Shown: positions 25,950 through 39,083 of the stretch, one piece after another
Position numbering within the stretch: position 1 is the stretch's first letter
How the letters are laid out: each line of letters starts with the position of its first letter
Assembly: GCA_054600435.1 (NCBI GenBank)
Contig: BAAIJX010000033.1
Location: 186,001-249,429 of the forward strand
Direction: 5' to 3'
DNA length: 63,429 nucleotides
Source of the DNA: Neophaeotheca triangularis
Taxonomy: Eukaryota
Notes under the pieces: generated by a model
What the model saw: only the letters and a program-made list of their open reading frames with translations
Databases searched by the model: none
Told to the model about the DNA's origin: nothing
Made by a program: the position numbers and the translations under genes

Positions 25950-27677
25950 ATGTCGGCATCCGGTGAGGTTGTTGAATACGAGGGTAATGCGCCAACTGGA
26001 GGCGACTCTCTTACCGAAGACCTCAACATCTACTACCGGGTGAGTGACGCAGATATCCAGCTCTACATCGAAGGAGACGCTGACATAGCTGACTGATCAC
26101 AGTCTGGTGACATCTCTTTCTTGATCGTCTGCACAGCGCTGGTGTTGCTCATGATTCCCGGCGTCGGCTTCTTCTACTCGGGTCTCGCGAGGCGCAAGTC
26201 GGCACTCAGTCTTATATGGCTCTCAATTATGGCCACCGCCGTAGTGAGCTTCCAGTGGTTCTTTTGGGGCTATTCGCTGGCATTCTCCCATGACGCTGGG
26301 ACTTTCATGGGCTCTCTGGCAAATTTCGGTTTCAAGGACGTTTTGGCGCGACCGTCGTTGGCTAGCTCAAGGGTCCCGGACCTCTTGTTTGCGGTGTACC
26401 AGGTGAGAATGCGGCTTGGTTAGCCTACGAGCTATGCTCCATTATGTGCTGAGACTTGTCTTTTCAGGGCATGTTTGCCGCTATTACCGTGGCCTTGACA
26501 GTCGGTGCTGTTGCTGAGCGTGGCCGAATGCTACCTTGCGTCATCTTCATGTTCGTCTGGACCACGCTTATCTACGACCCTATTGCGTGCTGGACGTGGA
26601 ACCCTTCCGGTTGGATTTTCAAGCTCGGTGGCCTGGACTTTGCAGGCGGTAGTCCCGTCCACCTCTGGTAATCTCTAGCAATCTCGACGAGAGATGAGTC
26701 GTCTGCTGACAATCGTCAAGTTCAGGGACTGCTGCACTCGCCTACTCGTACATGCTGGGGAAGAGGGACGGGCACGGCACTCAAGCTCTCAACTTCCGCC
26801 CGCATAACGTTACCCACATCGTGATCGGTACTGTCTTCTTGTGGGTAGGATGGTTCGGATTCAACGCTGGTTCAGCACTCAGTGCGAACCTACGCGCGGT
26901 AATGGCAGCGGTGGTCACAAACCTTGCAGCATGCACAGGCGGAATTGTATGGTGCGTTGTTGACTATCGCTTGGAGAAGAAATGGACGACCGTCGGCTTT
27001 TGCTCGGGTATAGTTGCTGGACTCGTGGCCATTACGCCCGGCGCTGGCTACGTACCTCCATGGGCTGCTGTCGTGTTCGGACTGGTGGCTGGGATCGGAT
27101 GCAATTTTGCAACCCAACTCAAGTATTGGCTTGGTGCTGATGACGGTAAGCCGATTGGCAAGGCCTGTTTCTCTGGGTGCTTTAGCTAATCAAACTTCAA
27201 GCGCTTGACATCTTCGCTGTGCACGCCGTAGGCGGTTTCATAGGCAACATCTGCACTGGTCTCTTCGCAGCAGACTACATCGCGCACCTGGATGGAACCA
27301 CGGAAATTGACGGCGGCTTCCTCAACCAGAATTACAGGCAGCTCGGTATTCAACTGGCGGATTCACTCGCGTGTATGACGTACAGCTTCTTCGGCACTTG
27401 CATTATTCTCGGAATCATGAACTTCCTGGGCCGGTTCGTGCCAGCCCTGGCCTTGCGTGTCTCGCGCATCGAGGAGCAAGCTGGCATTGACGACGTCGAG
27501 ATCGGCGAATATGCATACGATTACGTCGAACTCATGCGAGAGGTGAAGCCTCCGGGCGTCGAGCAGGATGACTACGAGATGGATGCTAGCAGCCAAAGAA
27601 GCCATTCCCAGGCCTTTATGAGACCGGACAAAGGCTATCCACTTCAGATGCTCCACAGTGGTCCTCATGCTGCGTGA
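25950..27677 (+). CDS. MEP: Amt/Mep ammonium transporter (5 exons)
   Basis: LMIPGVGFFYSGLARRKSAL, QGMFAAIT, AERGR, DFAGGSPVH, WVGWFGFNAGSAL, GLVAITP, VHAVGG (both pore His present). Confidence 0.95.
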
Positions 27678-28327
27678 CTAGCCGGTGATGACCACCACAC
27701 ACGGTTGCCGTCGGAGGTTTGAGACGGACGGGCGCAGAAGGGAACAGCAGCATGTTGACATATGGCGTCACGTGCTTACGATTCAGATATGTTCAAGAAC
27801 ACGGCGCAGCATGACTGGTGTCGGCTCCTGAGGTCTGCTCGCGATAGTCAGATGGAGGTGATACGGACGAGTTGGGAGAAGGTCCAAGTTACTGTACCAT
27901 AATACTACCAATTTTCACCAACTCTGCATCAAAAGCTGCAGAATTCAGACTCATAGCCTGCCTGCGAGATGGTCGAAGATCAGATAGTTTCATCATACGA
28001 TGGGTACTAGTTGAATTGCTCTAGCTGTTGTTGTATGTGCAAACCAAGACATCCAAAGGAGGGCAAGATGAGGTGCAAAACGGGCCCATGGTAATAGCAT
28101 CTTTCACGTGGGGGAGCGTCCCATTTGGGCAACTTTCGACTTCGACTTCGGCTGAGAGGCGCCCGACCAGATCCATATTGAACTTGCAATAGCGGTTCGA
28201 CACCGACTACTTCTGCAGTTGCCACACAACCACGAGAGCTCAAGTCGTACTTGTCAAGAACAGTAGCGTTGTTCTACCAACCAATTCAATGCAATCTACA
28301 GCCTGAAAGCGGCACTCTCCAGTGGCC

Positions 28328-30595
28328 ATGGAGCAACAACGGCCTTTGTCTGCTTCGGCCGACATACCAGTGCCTGCTGGCCCAAGCCTCGGAGCTGGTG
28401 ATCAGAGTTGTCGTGAATGTGCGAGACGGAAGGGAAAATGCGACAGGCAGCTGCCTGAATGTACACCGTGCATGAGGAACAAAAGACACTGTCTGTATGA
28501 AAAGTCAAGCCGAAGTCCTCTTACTCGAAAACATCTCACTGCCGTTGAGGAACGTCTAAGGCAAGCAGAAGCCCGGTTGCGACAATCGGAGCGCCGTGCT
28601 CAGATTGCTGAGTCGAATCTCAAGGATCTCAAAGACCTTCTTGAAGCGCAAAGTGTGCCAGGATTTACTCACAACGCACCTTCCGCCGCCCTGCAGCACG
28701 GAGCTGTGTCATCTTCGGGCAACAGCGCTTCCCAAGAGAATGTAGAAAGCGTAGCGCAGCCTGTAGTCCGAAGCCAATGCCAGTCTGCGGTTCAGGGCGA
28801 ACAGGGCTCAGGAGGCTGGGAGCGTGCAGAGACCGTGGCACACGAGTTGGAGGCTCCCCCTCACGAACAAGAAGACTTCAGCTGGGATGAGCAGTCGACA
28901 GAAGAGCGACTTGAAAGCATTTCGTCACCCGGCCAGGGGGCAAATGACGAGGAGAATTTAACGGATGGAATGGCATCCCTCGCGGTGGAGGATCGACGAG
29001 CAGGCTACCTGGGCACAGCGTCTGGCGCAGCTATGCTTCGGCTTTTGCTTCCAGACGCAGAGCATAGGCGCCACTCGCGCAAGACCGGGAATGCGAGCAA
29101 TAGCAGCGTATCTCAAACCAATGACTGGAGTGAGGGTTGGGTTCCCTCTCCGGTCTACGCCGAGCGACGAATCTCCGAAATCGACATGGATGCAGCAATC
29201 GACTCCTACTTTTCCCTCTACCATCAATCATATCCGATAGTCCATGAACCAAGCTTCCGCGCGCAGTATGCACAGGTGATACCTCGTCCCAACGGGAAAA
29301 GCTTCAACGCTTTGGCATATATTGTAGCAGCTATCGGTCACTTCACCACCGCAACAGGCCCAGTCACCCGTGATCTAGATCTATTCGAAGCGGGCAAAGC
29401 TAACATGTCGATTGATAGCCTAGAGACGGGCAATATCACACTGGTCCAAACCTTGGCGCTGATGTCCAACTACCTCCAGAAGCGTAACAAACCCAATTCT
29501 GGCTACAACTACCTAGGCCTTTGCCTCAACATGGCCCTTGGGCTTGGTCTTCACAAGGAGTTCCACAACTGGCGCATATCGCCCCTTTCAAAAGAGATTC
29601 GCCGAAGAGTCTGGTGGTCTCTGTATGTCTTTGCGATTGGTGCAATGATAACGTTCGGGAGACCGTTGTCTTGGCCAGAGGACGGAATAGAGGTCGCCCT
29701 GCCCCTTAACGTGGACGATCGGGACTTGACGAATATGTCCGTCGGACTGCCGCCTGCTCGAGAAAGCTTGACGACCTATTCAGCAGTGGCACTCCAGGCG
29801 CGCTTCCACCTAGCCACAAAAGACATTTACGCCAAAGTCATCTCCGTCGACTTTCCAAGCGCAGCTGAGCTTCTCCGCCTTGACGATGAGAGAATTGAGC
29901 CATGGCGTATCCGGTGGTCAAGTGGTCTTGCCGAAGTTCCAGCCAGATTTCGTTTCTCACAGTGCAACCTCGAATGGCGGTACCGCAATCTCCGCATCAT
30001 CATGTATCGCCCTTATCTAATCCGACAGGCATTGCAAACCCGGTTCAGCTTTCCAAACCCTCCTCCTGACGAAGCGACTTTCACCGCAATCGACCGTTGT
30101 TTGGCAGAAGCGAAGGCCTCCATCCACTCAATTCGGCGGTTCTGGACAGAGGGACCAAGAAATACATTGGGCTCTTGGTATGGACTTTACTTTTTGTTCC
30201 AAGCAGCAATGATCCCTTGTGTATCACTAAGGAATAACCCAATGTCCCCACTCGCATCAGACTGGCAGGATCAGATAAACACCGTATTGAGCGTGACTAG
30301 CGAGATGTGGTCGATCAATCCTGCTAGCCGCGAATGCCACCAAGTCATCTTGCGACTTTGCGGCGAGTTCATTGGTCAGCCGAATGAGCTTCTCGGCGGA
30401 CTCTATCCCGTCGAAGAGTCTCCTCAGACCCAATTGAGTGCTGTTTATCCCATGATGTGGCTGAATCAAACAGCCGCCGAGACGGATGTTTACATGCCCG
30501 ACGAATCCTGGAACGCCTTCATCACGGATCTGTCGACTGATTCCCCTACCTTTCCCGACCTCATGCCAGCAGATCCTCATTGGCCAGAGAACTGA
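28328..30595 (+). CDS. Zn(II)2Cys6 Gal4-like transcription factor (intronless)
   Basis: CRECARRKGKCDRQLPECTPCMRNKRHC, then coiled coil and fungal TF middle-homology region (LGLHKE..EIRRRVWW). Confidence 0.93.
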   Translation: MEQQRPLSASADIPVPAGPSLGAGDQSCRECARRKGKCDRQLPECTPCMRNKRHCLYEKSSRSPLTRKHLTAVEERLRQAEARLRQSERRAQIAESNLKDLKDLLEAQSVPGFTHNAPSAALQHGAVSSSGNSASQENVESVAQPVVRSQCQSAVQGEQGSGGWERAETVAHELEAPPHEQEDFSWDEQSTEERLESISSPGQGANDEENLTDGMASLAVEDRRAGYLGTASGAAMLRLLLPDAEHRRHSRKTGNASNSSVSQTNDWSEGWVPSPVYAERRISEIDMDAAIDSYFSLYHQSYPIVHEPSFRAQYAQVIPRPNGKSFNALAYIVAAIGHFTTATGPVTRDLDLFEAGKANMSIDSLETGNITLVQTLALMSNYLQKRNKPNSGYNYLGLCLNMALGLGLHKEFHNWRISPLSKEIRRRVWWSLYVFAIGAMITFGRPLSWPEDGIEVALPLNVDDRDLTNMSVGLPPARESLTTYSAVALQARFHLATKDIYAKVISVDFPSAAELLRLDDERIEPWRIRWSSGLAEVPARFRFSQCNLEWRYRNLRIIMYRPYLIRQALQTRFSFPNPPPDEATFTAIDRCLAEAKASIHSIRRFWTEGPRNTLGSWYGLYFLFQAAMIPCVSLRNNPMSPLASDWQDQINTVLSVTSEMWSINPASRECHQVILRLCGEFIGQPNELLGGLYPVEESPQTQLSAVYPMMWLNQTAAETDVYMPDESWNAFITDLSTDSPTFPDLMPADPHWPEN

Positions 30596-30748
30596 AGCAC
30601 GACATCCACCGATCGTCTACCCAGAGCGATGCGGTACCTGTGCTGAAAATCTTACTTGGAAGGCGACCTGAATGACGAGAAAATCGAGATACATTCTCTA
30701 CCGTTTGAAATCATCTTTGCCCTGGAAGATAAGCGCCGTAGGAGAAAG

Positions 30749-32792
30749 CTATACGGACCGCTCTTCGATACGTTCCTCGTATGCCATCTTGCTCATCTGG
30801 CGCTCCGTAATCTCAAATTCGGTCGGCAAAGCCCTTGGACCGTCAAAAATCTCCGCAATCTCTTCAAGACTGCGGCCTTTAGTCTCGGGCCAGAAGAAGT
30901 ACGTCACTAGCAGGAATACCGCGAGCAGGCAACCTGTAAAAATATTAAAGGTCAGCCACGTTTATCGGGAGCCAAAAACACGCGCGAGAGTCTTACAGTA
31001 GACGATGTAATATCTCCACCCGATATTTTCGAGACCAATAGGATTTGCGAACGCGGCAATGATGAGGGAAGTGTAGATGCTGAGGAGCTCGCACGTCAAA
31101 CCCTTGGATCTTAGTGAGAAGGGGAAGATCTCAGTCGGGTAACTCATCAAGAGAGGCGTGTAGCTGAGGGTATGTTAGTTTCCGCTTCCTTTGAGTATTG
31201 CTTTGTTCTGTCGGATTCAGCCACTTACGCTATGTCGTAGAAGAAGTAGAAGCTGAACAGCATACATACGACGGCAACTCCGGCCGCGTATGACCCTTCC
31301 ATGTTATTGACGGCAGAGCAGGCCGTCCAGATGATGTACGAGACAAGCATTCCGGCACCGGAGATGAGGAAGAGCGTTCGACGTCCGAGGCGGTCAACCA
31401 TGAAAGCTGCTCCCAGAGCGGCAAAGAAGTTGAAGATTTGTCTGAGATGGGTTAGCCAAGTACGATGGTCTCGTTCATACGAGCAACATACAGTCCGCCA
31501 TTGATGAGCGTCTGGTCGAAGGAATCCGTGATTCCAACCGAGTCGAGTACGAGTTTCAGGTAATACGATACCTAGACACAGTCAGCATGAAGCGCCGGAA
31601 GGGAAGAGAAGGGAGAGGAACGAGTTACTTACGACACCAATACCGTTCCACTGGGCGAAGGCTCCAACGCAGCACGCAATGAAAAGTCGCTTGCGGTCTT
31701 TTCGAGAATGTCAGCAACGCTCCGCTAGGCAAGCGAACAGATGACCTACTGCCCGGTGTCGCGACCAAAGTTCCCCAACTTGTAGCTTTCGCCTCTTGTT
31801 CCGTTCTAATAGCCTCGACGATCTCGCTCATCTCACGCAATACTAGAGGGCTCTGATGGTCACCTCCGGCGTGATACGTCGCTAGGATATCCAGAGCCTC
31901 GGGCGCCCTGTCCTTGGAAACTAGCCAGCTGCGGTCTGTCAGCAACAAAACTGCCAGACCTGGATGTGCACGAGCTTACCGAGGAGACTCTGGCAGGAAC
32001 CAGAAGAATGATGTTTGAACAAGGGGAAAAGTAGCTTGAAGGATGGTCGGTATCCTCCAAGCCCAATCGCCTGTTGCTTGTTAGACTTGAACGTCGTGAT
32101 CTGCTGTGCAACTCAACATACCTTGATAGCTCTCGGTGCCGAAGGTTGCCCATGCGGCCAAGATGGCGCCTTGCAAACGACTGTCAGTGGTACTCTCGTG
32201 ACACAGAGTCGACTGCAGACCCACCCAGGTAGTACATTGTCCAGAAGGCACTCGTATACTTCCCGCGATGCGTTGGATACGCCAGCTCTGCTATGAGCAT
32301 AGGGCTCGGTTGGACGACCAACATTCCCGCGGCACCGACCAAGATACGGGACACGACGAGCTGAGCGAACGTCGTCGCAGTCGCTTGTATGATTGTGGCT
32401 ATTACGACTCCAACAATCCCGGAAAGGAGTACTGGTTTCCGCCCAAAGCGGTCTGAAAGATAGCCGACGAGTGGGAGTATTATGACGGATCCGATCGATT
32501 GAGCTGCGTTGACGAGACCGAGCGTAGAGCCCTGGGGATTGTTAAAGGCTTCCTGCCACTGTTCTGGGTCAGTAAGGCTTCTTTGTTCGATGAGAATTAC
32601 GAGTCGACGCACCTGAGGGAGAGCCTGCAAACCATTCATGAGACTGCCATCGTAGCCCGCTACCGAAGAGGACAGGAGAGGAACAAGTAAAATCAGATTC
32701 AGTCTCAGCAAATGGGGGGTTTGGAACCACCACCGATCGTTTCTGGGCAGGACCTCCGCGAGCGAGGCTCCTACAATCTCTGCGTCTTTCAT
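30749..32792 (-). CDS. MFS sugar porter (lactose/cellodextrin-permease-like branch), multi-exon
   Basis: AGYDGSLMNGLQ, SDRFGRK, ELAYPTHRG, PESPR|WL, QWNGIGVV, VDRLGRR, YPTEIFPFSLRSKG, PETKGRSLEEIAEIFDG. Confidence 0.92.
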
Positions 32793-33596
32793 GGCGATAG
32801 TATCAATGTAGAACGCGAAATAGTTTCGGATGAGAACCACCGATTGAACAGCAGAAGAACCCGTAGCAGGTTGAGAGTCTTGATACTATATATTCCCACT
32901 GACTCGAACGCCCCAGGCTAGACCCACAGAAATACTGGGAATATTGCGGGCGTGCGGCGTTGGTATGTGGTAGCAAATAAGGTTTGCGGAGAAGCCACAT
33001 CGTCGTGGGGGAGCCTCGTGGGCGCGGTGGTGTGAGGTTTGAGCGGGCGACTGTCGCCCTCGTGCAGGAAGTCCCGGCTCTGGTCTCGGGACGAGGCTGT
33101 CTGCTGGACAAGCGGGAGGCTGGCATTACACACACCCTTTTGCCCTCAGAGACCAGTCTCGGCATATAGTAATGTTAACGCTTGAATGCAAACCCCAAGC
33201 GACTCTTGAGACGACCGATAATGCATGCAGTCTGTGGACTTCGAAGCGACGCGGTGTTGCATCTTACCATCTAGATCGCTGCTTGAAACAGGATTTCAAT
33301 TGGTGTTAGTCTTATGATGCTATATTGATGTGAAAGAACATCGGCGGAGAATTCATCGGGTGGGCAGCGTGCCGACGTCTCTGCTTGTTCCAGAGGTCTG
33401 CGTATACTTCCGGCTTTGGAGGGCATTACATCGTTACGAGTGGCCGTTGACGGTCTAGAAGACACAACGTACTCATATCCGGCAATGGTTTCAATTATGG
33501 TTGGTCATGGACTACGAGCAGACACGCCATCACGTTCTTGCACTCATTCGTGGTTCATTGCCTCGTTGGAGTATCAAAGGAGCTCTATCTCTTTCG

Positions 33597-34755
33597 CTAC
33601 CGTACACCCTCGATGATCACCTTGAAAGTATCGGGCTTCCCAGCTGCCACCAAATCGAAGGCCTGCTCTGCCTCCTCAAACTTGTACCTGTTGGTGATCA
33701 ATCGCTTGACATCTACCTTCCCGCTCGCCACCAGATCAACGGCTGCCGGGTAACAACCTTTGGTGTACCTGATCGAGCCCTTGATAGTAAGGGCCCGTAT
33801 GCATGCAGTCGTAATCGGGAACACGACATTCTCCTTACCCATGCCAGCCTGCACGTACATTCCACCCTTCCTAGCCGCGAAGACTCCTGCTTGAATGCAA
33901 GGCTCGGCTCCAGAGCACTCGAGTACGACATCTGCGCCTTCGCCTAGATCGAACTGCTGCTTGATCATGTTTGCAACCTTTTCTGCGTGTTCGACTGAAT
34001 CGGTTCCTGGCTCTGCCCGCGGAGGGAAGAATGTGTCGTCTGCACCAAAAGATTTCGCAAAGTCCAGTCGCGATTGAACAACGTCCACACCAATAACTCT
34101 GGCAGCACCGTAGGCTTTTGCTACCGCTTGACAAAGGACCCCGATTGGCCCGCAACCAAAAACCACGACCGTTTGATTCGCTCGCAAGTCTGCAACTTTA
34201 AGAATCTGTACCGCAACGGCTGTGGGCTCGACCATCGCACCTTCCTCCATTGTCATGTGATCGGGGATTGGGTAGACATAGTCTGACGCAACAATGTAGT
34301 ACTTTGCAAGTGTGCCGTCCCAAGGTGGCGTCGCAGCGAAAATTGAGTCTGCGCAGAGGTTGTAGAAACCTTCTCGGCAATGGTCACATCGCCGGCAAGG
34401 GACCCCGGGTTCTATAGCGACGCGCTGGCCGACTTTGACATTCTTTACAGCCGTACCGGTTTCCACAACGGTACCTGGAAGAGTCAGCGCCGGAATGCGA
34501 ATGCTACTAGTCTTGGAACTTTTCCTTACCACTGGACTCATGCCCAAGAATGATCGGGCTTGTCAAGACAAAGTCTCCTATGCGACCGCGGCTTTTGTAG
34601 TGAACATCGGAGCCGCAGATACCAGTCTGGGCGATTTGTACGCGGATGTCGTGAGCTGGGTCTCGGAGTTGGGGTACTGGTCTGTCCTCGAAAACAACAT
34701 GGTTGACGGCCCGGAGCACAAACGAAGGACTTGTCTCGACTGCTTGAGTGGCCAT
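33597..34755 (-). CDS. Zn-dependent polyol (sorbitol/xylitol) dehydrogenase, MDR family (2 exons)
   Basis: GICGSDVHY, LGHESSG, CRRCDHCREGFYNLC, FAATPPWDGTL, GCGPIG, KGSIRY. Confidence 0.93.
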
Positions 34756-35506
34756 GGTAACTGTAGGTCGGGGCGTGAAGAGCGGAGGGAGATGATGCGG
34801 TAGCAGAGAATGCAAAGAATGTAGACGGTGGTCCTGACTTGTACTTACGGTGCTTTTGCAAGTGAAGTAGAGACTCTAATCTGTAGAAAAAATTACAACT
34901 AGTGGCAGAGGAAGAGCAAGTAGTAGTAGACTAGTAGTACGTGGTAACGTGGGAATGTGGGAATGTGGACCAGCCGATGGATTGAGGCGAGGTCGATGCG
35001 GCGGAGTGAGCACTAGCAGGAGGATATGAGGGAGACAGAGGACCTCTTACCTACCGTACCTAGGTATGTACTAGTAGGAGGTAAGGTAGGTCGGTATTCT
35101 CTCGTGGAGAACTGGGGACGGCTCTCGGCAGACTTTCACCACACCAAACTGGCCAAGGGCGACTGTGTCCGCTTCCGCCTGTGCCCGACTTCGCCAGTCT
35201 TTGCCGGGTGACTGTGTCCCTCACCTTTGCCATTGCTGTTGCCCGGGCTATTGCACACCGACCCATGTCTGCTATAGTATGATGCAGGCGACCTTGAGAT
35301 GGCACTATCATGCCATGTACATGTATACCCACACTGACCCGCCGTAAACACATTGTGGGGGGCACCGCCTTCCGCAAAAGCGTCCACAGCAAGAGTACTA
35401 AGTTAGGTTACTGGCCCTTTGAAGCAGAGGACTTTTTGCTTGCTCGCCAGATATTTTGTGATACCCTCATTTCCCCCCCTTTCATCTCTGTGCTCTAGCC
35501 ACCAAC

Positions 35507-36479
35507 ATGCCTCTCGCAAAACCCTCCAACCCTCAAAGCCCCGTTCTCGATCACTTCTCCCTGAAGGGCAAGGTTGCAGCGGTCACAGGAGGGGCTCGCG
35601 GTATTGGTTTAGAGGTTTGCAGAGGTCTTGCTGAAGCCGGAGCATCAGTCGCCTTGTTGTACACCAGCAGTAAGAATGCAGACGAGACCGCGAGTAAGAT
35701 TGCAAGCGACACAGGAGCCACGGTCAAGGCGTACAAATCCCAAGTTACGGACAAGGACGACATCGACAGAGTATTGCAGCAGGTTGCGAAAGACTTTGGA
35801 AAGCTCGACATTTGCGTGGCGAACGCTGGTATCGCAAGCCAACACGACAGCTTGGAGTACACAGCTGAGCAATGGCACGAGATCATGAGAGTGAACAGCG
35901 ATGGTGCATTCTTCACGGCGCAAGCCGCCGGCAAGATATTCAAAAGGCAAGGCCCTGGAGCCGGTAGCATGATCTTCACGGCGTCCGTGTCGGCGATTTT
36001 GGTCAACATTCCGCAACGGCAGGCGGCCTACAACGCTTCGAAAGCGGCGGTGGTACATCTTGCCAAGTCGCTGGCCGTCGAGTGGACGGAGTTTGCCAGA
36101 GTAAACTGCATTTCGCCAGGTTTCATCGATACTGAAAGTAAGTCGAAAGGTCGGCGGGAAAATTGGGCTTTGGGCAGACACACTGACGCATACAAAGTGC
36201 TCGAGGTCCATCCCAAAGAATGGAGAGACCAGTGGTTCCAGATGATACCCGGCAGACGTCTCTGCGACCCAGCAGAGCTGAAGGGCGTAAGTTCTAGGCT
36301 TGGAGACAGCGATGTGTTCGCTTTGCTGACACGAGTCAAGGCCTATGTCTACCTCGCATCTGATGCATCTTCGTATATGACGGGTAAGCTCACCGTGCAT
36401 TCAAAGGCCTTTCGCGCATATTCCACTGACATTGTTAGGTGCAAACATGGTCATCGACGGTGGCTACACTCTGCCATGA
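35507..36479 (+). CDS. SDR of the L-xylulose/sorbose reductase (mannitol dehydrogenase, SOU1-like) group (4 exons)
   Basis: FSLKGKVAAVTGGARGIG, ANAGI, TASVSAILVNIPQRQAAYNASKAAV, RVNCISPGFIDT, ELKG|AYVYLASDASSYMTG|ANMVIDGGYTLP. Confidence 0.92.
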
Positions 36480-37131
36480 GCTAGAAGCCCACGGATTTAG
36501 CTTTAGTGCTTATGGATTAACGTTCTATCCCATCACTCGATCAAGGATGCATTTTTCGGAGGGTTTTGATGTGACGGGTGTTGAATTGCGAGGCAGGTCG
36601 ACTGTCTGCGTGCGGCCATTTTAAGTTTGTCGCTCAGGAGCGGCAGCCAAAGTGATAGTGATGTTGCTCGGGCCTTTCTGTAAATCATATACAGTATCAA
36701 CGGCGAACGATGCATCGAATAGTGTTCTACAGCATCGGACTAGGATTCGCCTTTTCGTGATATCGATGCTATACAAGACTCATTACCATACCTACCTGTA
36801 GGTAGTACTCCAGTATTGGATGATAAGGTAGGAGATATGCCGTCGAAAGCCGCCCCAGCAACCTCAGCTGACCCAGTATCGGGCAGTGACGTGCAGCTGC
36901 CGACGTCACCTCTCAATCAACGTAGGTAGGTAGGTAGGTCCCGTTAGGCAAACACATTCAATCAAGTCAGCAACAAAAGCAACCAGCACCACAGCCATAC
37001 CTCTCAAAACCCGCACCCTCTTCAGAAATCACCAAACAACAACAACACCAACAACAACAAATTCCTTCCAAGACCTCCAGGCAAAGACTCGCACCCAAAA
37101 ACCCAAACTAACCGACAAGCAATCTACCAAA

Positions 37132-37531
37132 ATGCCCCTCGTAGTCCCCGGCATGAGCTCCACAGGCGACGACAAGAACGCGCAGTGGATGAACCAGCTG
37201 ATGGGCAAGAAAATCGGCGACAGCTCTAACGAGACTGTGAGTTAGCAGACAGACACCCTTGGCTTCTTCCCAACGAAACCACGCCACGGGATGGAAGCAT
37301 GCTGACTAGATGGATGCTCGCCTAGACTTTTGCCAAAACCGATTTGCCCAAAGAGCATCGTATCGTCAAGGAGGGCGATATGATGACCATGGACCACAAA
37401 CCTGACAGGTGAGCTATTCATGTGAGAGCGAACGTTGCTAGTGTTTTCTGTTTTCGCTAACGCGGGGGGTTTCTAGGCTCAACATTCACACTGGTGATGA
37501 TGGGACTGTGAAGAAGGTCACGCACGGTTAG
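37132..37531 (+). CDS. Small 80-aa peptidase-inhibitor I78-like protein (introns 37237-37325, 37409-37476); not in ORF track
   Basis: Manual splice gives MPLVVPGMSSTGDDKNAQWMNQLMGKKIGDSSNET|TFAKTDLPKEHRIVKEGDMMTMDHKPDR|LNIHTGDDGTVKKVTHG*; TMDxxPxRLN motif; CAA-rich leader. Confidence 0.85.
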
Positions 37532-37711
37532 AATGTTGGTGTGGAGCAGATGCACCTATGAGATGCGTCTCATTTGATACCCGCAATTGGAGAGGCCATA
37601 GGGGGGGGGGGGGCAACAATGAATCACGTGTGTGGGAATAAGTGCTCGGGTAGCAGTCATTTCGATCTATGCAGGCCTCTTACAATTACGTTTTCAAGGT
37701 GTCTTGAGATA

Positions 37712-37743
37712 CGAATGCAGCACTCGCCGAATGCAGCACTCGC
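37712..37743. repeat. 16-bp tandem duplication CGAATGCAGCACTCGC x2
   Basis: Seen directly. Confidence 0.85.
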
Positions 37744-37997
37744 GTAACGCGAGAGGGTGATACAACACTTAGGTATCTCGAATGCAAGTAAAGCGCTCAT
37801 TCCCGCAGCAAATGCCCTCATGCAAGTGTGATTCGCACCACAAGACCCAGCAGGAACGCGCTCCAGCAGCTTAGGTATCGGCATCAACAGTCGGTTCTCG
37901 ATGCTCATTTCTTCTTCTGCTCGCTTCCATCGTCCGGTAATCCCGGGCCCAGTATAGGAGTATGGTGGACGGGCTTGTGTTCCTCCAGGGGAACCAC

Positions 37998-39083
37998 CTA
38001 AGCGTCGCCTCTCATGTTACGGAAGAAGTCCATAACGCCAGTGAAGACGACAAGCAGAATGCCGCCACCAGGTCCAAGTCGCAGCACCTTGGGAAGGAAG
38101 CCCTTGTACAGCGCGGAGAAACCCTCCTCCTTCATGACCGTGCCCAGCGCAGGCCAGGCCCAGTTATACTTGGGTACGCTGCCTGCGATCCTGGGGCTGT
38201 TCTGTATTCTGCTCTTGACAACGTCCATGGGTGTGTTGAGGATGGTGCCGACCGTGCCACCAATGGAACCGGAGATTAGGTCGTTGCGCATCTGGATGGA
38301 CTTGTCTTTGGCTGGGTTGGCGGGAAGTAGAGCGCGGACTTGGAAGATGCAGCCGAAGTAGCCGGAGTTCCAGAGGATGTGGCGCCACATGGTGGACTCG
38401 AGACCTTGGTAGAGGGTCAAGGGGCCTTCTTGGCGGACGATCTTAGACACGCAGTCGAGCATGCCGTTGTACTTGGAGGCTTGCGCCTTGTCTGTGAAAA
38501 GTCAGCATTAATGGGAGCGCAAAAGACTGAAGTCTAGGCTTGCCTTGAAGACGGATCTTGACGAGCTCAAAGGGGACTACGACGAAGGCTTCGGTGGCAC
38601 CAGCAGAGGCTCCCGTAAGGATAGACAACGATTGATTCATCTTCTCTACGCCGAACGTGCTGCGCCAGACCTTGCCCCACTCATCGTTGGCAGCGAACTT
38701 TGTGGCACGCTTCGGAGCCTCCATAAGGATGGGAGCGCTAATACCACGGTAGAGACGCGACGCGCTGGTTCCGGGTTAGTTCTGGCCAAGCACTATCCTC
38801 GAAACAAATGGCTCGCTCGCATACCCTTCGTTCTTGATAATCTTGCTGAAGCAGTCCACCATGCTCGTGTAGTGGTCTTGACCGGGGATTGGAACCCTGC
38901 CCTGGATCTGCCTGCGAGGGTGTCAGAACCGGTCTGCGCCAGCCAGTGCCATTGCGCAAGTGAGGTGGCTCACACTCGGGTTTTGACGACGTCCAATGGG
39001 TACATGACCAAGATCTCCGACACACCAGCCACAGCGCCGGCGGCAAACTGGTAGACGAAGGGAAGGGGCTTTTCGGTCGACAT
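37998..39083 (-). CDS. ODC1: Mitochondrial 2-oxodicarboxylate carrier (4 exons)
   Basis: MSTEKPLPFVYQFAAGAVAGVSEILVMYPLDVVKTR, MEAPKRATKFAAND, PFELVKIRLQ, PMDVVKSRIQ, PKVLRLGPGGG. Confidence 0.92.
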
